Shown: piece by piece, positions 58,187 through 64,000 of the stretch
Layout of the letters: every line of letters starts with the position of its first letter
How positions within the stretch are numbered: position 1 is the stretch's first letter
Assembly: GCA_963782945.1 (NCBI GenBank)
Contig: CAWALO010000021.1
Location: forward strand, 11,156 to 75,155
Reading direction: 5' to 3'
Source of the DNA: an uncultured Bacteroidales bacterium
Lineage (GTDB): Bacteria > Bacteroidota > Bacteroidia > Bacteroidales > VadinHA17
DNA: 64,000 nt
Translations under genes and position numbers: made by a program
The notes under the pieces: model-generated
The model's database searches: none
What the model was told of the DNA's origin: nothing
The model's input: the letters and a program-made list of their open reading frames with translations, nothing else

Positions 58187-59408
58187 TTACATATAATTAT
58201 TGATCATATCACCGGCTCTTGTCCGGTAAAGTTTTAGAATCGGAAAAATACCGGCGAACAGTCCTCCTGCCAGAGGAAGCAATATTAAGACAGGAATGGC
58301 GCCTGACTGAAAATGAAATTCCATTGTATTGAAATAGTCTGAAGTTATAGTTGTTCATCAGAAATATCAGTATTATACCAGCAATAACTCCAATCGAGGC
58401 TCCGATTAATGACTGAATAAGAGATACCAGCAGGATCTGCCTGCTGAGTCTGAAATTTGACCAGCCCAGTGATTTGAGTATCCCCACTTCCCTGAATCTT
58501 TCCATCAGGGATGTTAATTGTGTCTTGGCTGAAAAAACAATCAGAAAGAGAAAAATGAGAATTGTAAGGAGGGCGGATGTACCTTCCATTTTTGTCATCA
58601 CTTCACTGGCAGGCTGATAGCAATTATAGCTTGAAACGGACAGGTAATTCATCCTTTCCTTAAGCTGCTTAATAACGCTGTTCTGAATTCGGGCATCAGT
58701 AACTTCAACGAGTACTATATTCATGTCAAAACCCGGGGACATACATTTCATCCTCTCTTTAAGTATTGTTCTGACATTATCTATCGGAGCATAAAGATCC
58801 GCCTTGCCGGGCTTGATTCCTGAATTTACTATCCCTGCCAGCTTCAGTTTACTTGCATAAACATTAAGAGTATCCCCAACTCTCAGTCCATGAGCTTTTG
58901 CAAATGATTCCTCAGCGACTATTTCATCCGGGATTGAGGAGAGATATTTACCTGAAATAACATTTGTCGCCGCACAGACGTTATTCTTCGTAGCAATGCT
59001 GGTGGTGTCTATTCCTCCAAGGGATACTTCACTCTGCAGATTTTTATCAAAAATCCTGTATAAAAGGTATGGGGCAGCATCCCTGACACCATCAATCTCC
59101 TTAATTGAGAAGATCAGATCACTGTTGAGCATCATTGTGAAGACACCTTCCGCGATCAGTGATCCGCTGGAGCTCTCATTGTCACAGCTTAGGCAACAGG
59201 AGGTACTACTGGGAAGGTATACTATAAAATGAGTACCTGTCCCCTTCAGTATTCCAATGGAGTCTCTTTCGTTGGCTCTTGTAACTGACATAACCAGAAG
59301 AATAAAGAGCGTGGCAATGATATAGCCGCTTATGCCGGCAATTGTTCTCCATTTATGACGAAAAAGTTCTTTTATTAAATAATTCATCCAATAAAATTCA
59401 ATTTGCAA
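58187..59408 (-). pseudogene. FtsX-family ABC permease with a C-terminal frameshift near 58300..58310
   Basis: ILKSLGWSNFRLSRQILLVSLIQSLIGASIGVIAG is the FtsX domain. The annotated frame then turns non-hydrophobic. A shifted frame gives SGAIPVLILLPLAGGLFAGIFPILKLYRTRAGDMINNYM to a stop at 58187..58189, the expected last TM and tail. Confidence 0.7.
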
Positions 59409-59547
59409 AGATATTTACTTTTCATCACCCCATAATTGTGCTCCGCTTTTGTTTTCAACACGCCAGGCATGTCTCCATTTATGTATTTCGGAAGCTCCTA
59501 TCAAGGGCTTTGGCTGGCGCTCCTCTTTTGTGAAGGACCGGGGCAGT

Positions 59548-60600
59548 TTACCCGGGAGTATCCTGGTACCAGTATGCAACAGATGCAAGATCCAGGGTCA
59601 GATTATTGTTGTGGCCATGTTCGATTGTAAATCTGCATGATTTATCGAAAAATACAGGATCGGCAATGAAAAAACGGTAAACATGAGTATGCCCCAGCCA
59701 GCCTGTCTCATTATTTACACGAGGATACCCAAAGTATGGATGCTGGTACAATTCCTTCGGACACCATGAGGTGTTGAAGAAGTCTTCAGTACCGGTACCA
59801 TTGAATGCAGGTATGGGATCGCCGTCAATAAAGACCATTTCATCACCTTCTCCATACCACATGGTTGTAGGGCAATTTACATAGTAATTAACTCCTACAA
59901 ATTGCCCCTTCCCTTTAATGTCAGCAAAAAGGTAATTATCCTTGCCATTAAGGTTCTTGCCCGGCTCACCAAGAAGTCCCCACTCATTTTCACCGTCTGG
60001 GAGGGCCTTTGTCACTTCATGATTATACCAGGCATGAAAGCGTCCTGAGTTTTCAGGCAGATTAGCCATCTCAGCATATTCAATGTTAAAGTAAAAAGCA
60101 TCTATTTTCTGTCCGGTCTGATTTTCTATCTCAATCCTTGCACCTTGCGCAAAAGGCATTGCGAAATAGGAGACATATGATTTTCCGGCTCCCGGAGAAA
60201 CAGCAAGCGGAACACTGACAAAATTATATGATTCGTCCCATCCATTCCCGAAGAACGGTCCGATAGGAGATTCTACCGAAGGAAAGGAATTTCCGTCCCA
60301 GTACATCCGCATCACAATATTGTTCCTGTTGAGCTGTTCTGCACCGGGGGCTATTGTTATCCAGATACGGTTAATTATACCTGCCCCTTTAACATCAAAA
60401 ATTGTCACCTTCGCTCCATCCTGAATACCACTGAGGCAATCCCCGTTCCCTCCGCTCTTGTCGTAACTGCTAACCTGCTTAGATTTTACATTATTCCTGA
60501 TCTGCGAAAGCTGATACATTTCGGTACCCACATTCTGCGAAAAAAGTAAAAATGAATTTAAGGCTATAACAATGATTATAAATACTTTTCTCATATACAT
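59548..60600 (-). CDS. DUF2961 / GH172-family protein
   Basis: GAGIINRIWIT, MRMYWDGNSFPSVESPIGPFFGNGW, SYFAMPF, GRFHAWYNHE and WYGEGDEMVFIDGD..FNGTGTEDFFNTSW are the characteristic DUF2961 blocks. A signal peptide is present. Confidence 0.8.
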   Translation of the reverse strand: MYMRKVFIIIVIALNSFLLFSQNVGTEMYQLSQIRNNVKSKQVSSYDKSGGNGDCLSGIQDGAKVTIFDVKGAGIINRIWITIAPGAEQLNRNNIVMRMYWDGNSFPSVESPIGPFFGNGWDESYNFVSVPLAVSPGAGKSYVSYFAMPFAQGARIEIENQTGQKIDAFYFNIEYAEMANLPENSGRFHAWYNHEVTKALPDGENEWGLLGEPGKNLNGKDNYLFADIKGKGQFVGVNYYVNCPTTMWYGEGDEMVFIDGDPIPAFNGTGTEDFFNTSWCPKELYQHPYFGYPRVNNETGWLGHTHVYRFFIADPVFFDKSCRFTIEHGHNNNLTLDLASVAYWYQDTPG

Positions 60601-60613
60601 ATTTTCTTAAGCG

Positions 60614-63126
60614 TTAATTTGTCATTTCTTTTTCGACACCTGACACCATTACTGTTTGTGCATCTATTGTACCATATACAACTTTCATAAATGGTTTGCC
60701 ATCCTTAAGGCCTACATTTCCAAAGCCTGTATCAGTTGAGAGGAAGCTGGTGAAATCACCTATCCTCGAATCGATAAACAGAGTGCGGTCAACTGCATCA
60801 TAGCGCACACCTGTCAGTCCTTCAAGAATTGCATAACTCGACATGGCGCGTGCATACCAGTTTCCGCATTCATATTCGTTGAAAGGATTACGAACCCTGC
60901 CGTCATACCTTTCCCTGCACAGACGAACAATTTCAAGTCCCTTTTCAACCTCACCCTTGTACATAAGATGACTGGCTACCTGGTACTCGATACCGGTCCA
61001 AACTTCATTGCTGTAAACGAAAGGAAGCGAGAGTGCTCCTCCTTTAGGCCAGGTGCACAGTAACAGTCCTCCGTCCTTTCCGTTTGCATAGGTAGGTCGC
61101 TGTGGATTTGAATGGTTATAAAGTACCTGCCTGAGGTTATATTTGTGAACAGCGACAAGATGACTTGTTACTTTCTGATTATCAATAACTTCATTGAGAC
61201 CACAGGCAGTTGCCAGCCACATTCCGAGTATGCCGTCTGAAAGGCATCCTTTTCCATACTGATATTTGGGACCCTCTTTTTTCATCAGTTCAAGGGCTTC
61301 CGCTGAATATGTTGTCATCAAACTTGTTTTTGCTGCTTCAACGGGACTTGGGGCTCTCAGTCCTTCCCATGTTACTTTCTGAATAAAATATTCACCATCA
61401 TATAATTCCGACTCCATGTAGACTTTCCCTTTTTCAAGGAGCATCTCATATTCTTCAGATGGCATATTGGTTGCCTTGCTCATCTCAATCATTGATGAAA
61501 GGGCACCCAGGTAAAAACTGGTACACATCCCATCCGGTCCCCAGAACTCAATATCGTAGGTATTATGATGTGGCTCAACTACACTGCCTTCATGCCTGGG
61601 GTCCCATGTCTCAATACAATAGTCAAGGCTTTTTTTGACGTAAGGATACAGGCCTTTCATCCATTCAGTGTCTCCGCTTATCCTCCATTCCCTGTAGACT
61701 TTCATGATCCCTCCAAGCTGTCCGTCAGCTGCTGCATAGAAATCGTGTACCGGTTCGGCTATCGGAAGAGCTGACCTGAAAATCTGGTGTCCGTTGATCA
61801 TTCTGACTGACCATGAATTCTGTCTCCCGAAGCGTTCTTTCAAGCGAAGGGAAAAGATGTGATAATAGCCTGTGCATAATTCCAGACATGAGTACAGCTG
61901 CCATGACAACAACCATCATTATCGCCGCAGCCTTCCCATCCCCATAGCCTTCCGTCAGTCTGCCTGAGAACTGTCGGCGATTTAAGTATTGTGAGATTTG
62001 CAGCAATAGCTTCCATAGCTTCGGGTGGAAGAGTTGATGCAAAGAATGCATCGCGGAAAAGTTCACTTTTTTTCTTCAGATCGGAATAGTTGTTTGACCA
62101 GTAATCAGCAACTTCGGAAAGATTTTTAAATCTTGCAGAATACCAGGGTTTGTAAAAGCCGCATTTTGGAATCCGTTGCGGGATTTACACCTATTGTAAG
62201 GCTTGTCTCAGGCATATACCAGCAGAGATTTACAACAACAGTCTTTTCTTCGCCCGGTTTTAATTTGAAAGGGACATAAATTGATGCTCCGGGAGCCGGC
62301 GTCTCAACAGGCTTGTTATCAGGGATTTTACAACTTTCAATATTCTCCCACAGGATCATATGAGGATCGAACCACTGCCCCCTGAACCAGCAATAATCGA
62401 CTATAGCATTATCATCCTGTACTGACGCAGAAAATCCTGTTGTACCGAGTGGCGTTCCGTCACTACTGTTTTTTGAAAGAATAAATCCGTTCTTTATGCC
62501 CAAAATACGTCCGACATTTTCGGAAATAATATTTCTTGAATTCCATGAAAAGACTGCCTCAATTTCAGAAGTGGAGTTATTCTTAAATTTATACTCCATT
62601 GCGCCAACCGGCAGACTTGAATTATCTGCATCTGTTGGAATGAAAGGACTCCATCCTGTGACTTCAACTGTAAAAGGGATATCGCTGTCTTCCAGCTCCA
62701 GGGAGGCAAATGGGAAACGCGGGAGAAAACGTCCGTTTTTGAAACGAGGCAGGCCGTAGTTTCTTCCTGCTCCACCGTTTCCGCTTCCGCCCGGGCCAAA
62801 CATCTTCCACTCAGGAACCTGGGCTTCAAGTACTTTTGCTCCATCTTTCCTGCCTTTGATACTTATTGCTGCAAAAGAAAAAGGCTCATTGAATATCTCA
62901 GGCTTATTATTTATTGAAAGGTGTGACAATGAACCGGTACCGTCCATACAAAACATTCCGGCACCAATGCCACCAATGGGAAATGAGACCCTGTCAAGAT
63001 ATTTACCGGTATAGTCACCGTTAAAGAGATGTTTGTCAGGATCAGTTTTCCGTTTTCCACAGAACAGGAAAAAAATGTTAAAACTGCCAGAGTAAGAAAA
63101 ATCAACTTGTGATATTGCTTCTTCAT
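60614..63126 (-). pseudogene. GH116 (GBA2-type beta-glucosidase/glucosylceramidase family) lipoprotein gene with at least four frameshifts
   Basis: MKKQYHKLIFLTLAVLTFFSC is the signal and lipobox. After a shift come SFPIGGIGAGMFCMDGTGSL and the N-terminal domain (62126..62956). After further shifts come YKPWYSARF...GSCTHVWNYAQAI, HLFPSLERTLRETEF and AADGQLGGIMKVYREW...NEVWTGIEYQVASHL...NPFNEYECGNWYARAMSSY. Confidence 0.8.
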
Positions 63127-63135
63127 TGTGATTAA

Positions 63136-63226
63136 GACTTAATTATTTATATTCATGATCATTTAAACACGAAGGATACAAAGGCATCCACAAAGTAACA
63201 CCAAGGTTAATACGACTTAATTATTT
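63136..63226. mobile_element. 65-bp non-coding insert (TTTAAACACGAAGGATACAAAGGCATCCACAAAGTAACACCAAGGTTAA core) bracketed by a perfect 13-bp direct repeat GACTTAATTATTT
   Basis: The direct repeats lie at 63136..63148 and 63214..63226. The second copy contains the stop codon of the MFS gene. The first lies 10 nt upstream of the GH116 start. Confidence 0.45.
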
Positions 63227-64000
63227 CTTCCACAGCATTTCAATTTCCTCAAGGGATTTACCTTTTGTTTCAGGAACATAGAAAAATGTAAACAGCCATT
63301 GTGCAAATGACATTACAGCCAGAAACAGAAAAGTAACTGCACCTCCGAGCAATGCCAGGAAATGAGGGAATAACAGTATAACAAGGAAATTGAAGACCCA
63401 TTGTGTTAAAGAGGCAAAAGCCAGAGCTTTGCCCCGTATCCGGTTCGGAAATATTTCCGAGACCAGTGTCCAGAATACCGGTCCGATACAGGAGGAGAAA
63501 AAGACAAGAAAAAGCATTATGCAGACCAGTGTAAATATGCCATCCAGCTTCAGATAGAATGAAAGCGCCAGCAAAACCAACGTTACAGCCATTCCCATAG
63601 ATCCTACCAGATAAAGAATTCGCCTTCCGACTTTATCAATGAACAGGATTGCAACAAACGTAAATATGAAATTTATAAGGCCCAGCAACGAAGTCTGGAG
63701 AAGAGCATTTTTTATCTCAACACCGGCAGCCAAAAGGATTTTCGGTGCATAATCGATTATAGTATTTATACCGCTTATTTGCACAAGAACTGCCAAAAAG
63801 AATCCAACCACCATTACTTTACGCGATGCCGGTTTGAACAACTCTCCTCTGGTCACTGCCGCATCCTTCACTTCAAGAGATTCAGCTATCTCTCTTATTT
63901 CTATCCTGGCCAGAGCTTCACCTCCGACTCTGGTAAGAACTTTCAGTGACTCATCCTTCCGACCTGCCTTATACAACCATCTGGGACTTTCAGGTATGAA
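63221..64000 (-). CDS. MFS sugar porter, C-terminal part; the 5' end lies beyond the right window edge
   Basis: IDKVGRRILYL, FPNRIRGKA and PETKGKSLEEIE are present. The frame stays open to the window edge beyond the first internal Met at 63976. Confidence 0.8.
   Translation of the reverse strand, partial: FIPESPRWLYKAGRKDESLKVLTRVGGEALARIEIREIAESLEVKDAAVTRGELFKPASRKVMVVGFFLAVLVQISGINTIIDYAPKILLAAGVEIKNALLQTSLLGLINFIFTFVAILFIDKVGRRILYLVGSMGMAVTLVLLALSFYLKLDGIFTLVCIMLFLVFFSSCIGPVFWTLVSEIFPNRIRGKALAFASLTQWVFNFLVILLFPHFLALLGGAVTFLFLAVMSFAQWLFTFFYVPETKGKSLEEIEMLWKK

Noticed and set aside
1-64000. Uniform sequencing or homopolymer error as the explanation for all frame disruptions.
   Set aside because: Several shifts do sit at short homopolymers (A6/T6 at 55952, a T7 tract near 63070, A4 at 62165 and 30320). 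However, longer homopolymers inside intact genes (for example an A7 near 22245 and a T6 near 26965) are unaffected. Lesions also pile up in a few genes while runs of 10-20 kb have none. This is not fully excluded without reads.

Overview
The window looks like a Bacteroidota chromosomal segment devoted almost entirely to glycan and sugar catabolism. That assignment rests on a SusC/SusD pair with an ECF sigma/FecR anti-sigma module, many lipoprotein signal peptides, TAnnTTTG-type promoter boxes and AT-rich DNA. I saw no rRNA, tRNA, CRISPR array, transposase, integrase or recognisable defence genes.

Gene content, left to right:
- A GH32-like gene that runs off the left edge.
- A decayed block: GH20, a GH29-like gene and a TIM-barrel lipoprotein.
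- A plus-strand isomerase, kinase and polyol-phosphate dehydrogenase operon.
- A tightly packed plus-strand run (8.7-19.4 kb): PKD lipoprotein, CocE/NonD hydrolase, DUF998, two URO-D family proteins around an MFS sugar porter, a secreted ADP-ribosylglycohydrolase-fold protein and a Tat-exported TIM-barrel/FGE fusion.
- A converging PUL on the minus strand: ECF sigma, anti-sigma, SusC with an STN domain, SusD and an FG-GAP/ASPIC protein.
- A fucose-like module: FGGY kinase, class II aldolase, GH29, mutarotase-like, FucI-like, amidohydrolase and AraC.
- A nine-gene co-directional island: GH123-like/DUF4091, an unknown Tat protein, two ceramidase-like proteins, GH20, GH27, two HGSNAT-like membrane acyltransferases and YdjC.
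- A heavily decayed right-hand block: GH28, GH92, an ABC ATPase plus FtsX permease, and GH116, with an intact metallophosphoesterase and DUF2961/GH172 between them.
- A partial MFS porter at the right edge.

Main hunt results:
1. The 39-52 kb island assembles bacterial counterparts of the enzymes animals use to dismantle glycosphingolipids. It is a candidate undescribed glycolipid or glycoconjugate catabolic system.
2. The URO-D/MFS/ARH/FGE operon has no described pathway.
3. About 25 reading-frame lesions (my hand count) cluster strongly in a few CAZyme and transporter genes, while runs of 10-20 kb are lesion-free. This favours real gene decay over uniform sequencing error.
4. There are three families of small intergenic elements. 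TIR-bounded 126-133 bp MITE-like units flank a four-gene module. A 65-bp insert is bracketed by a 13-bp direct repeat. C-tract/G-tract hairpin elements occur only next to decayed genes.

All product calls are family-level recognitions made by eye from the translations. No database search was run.
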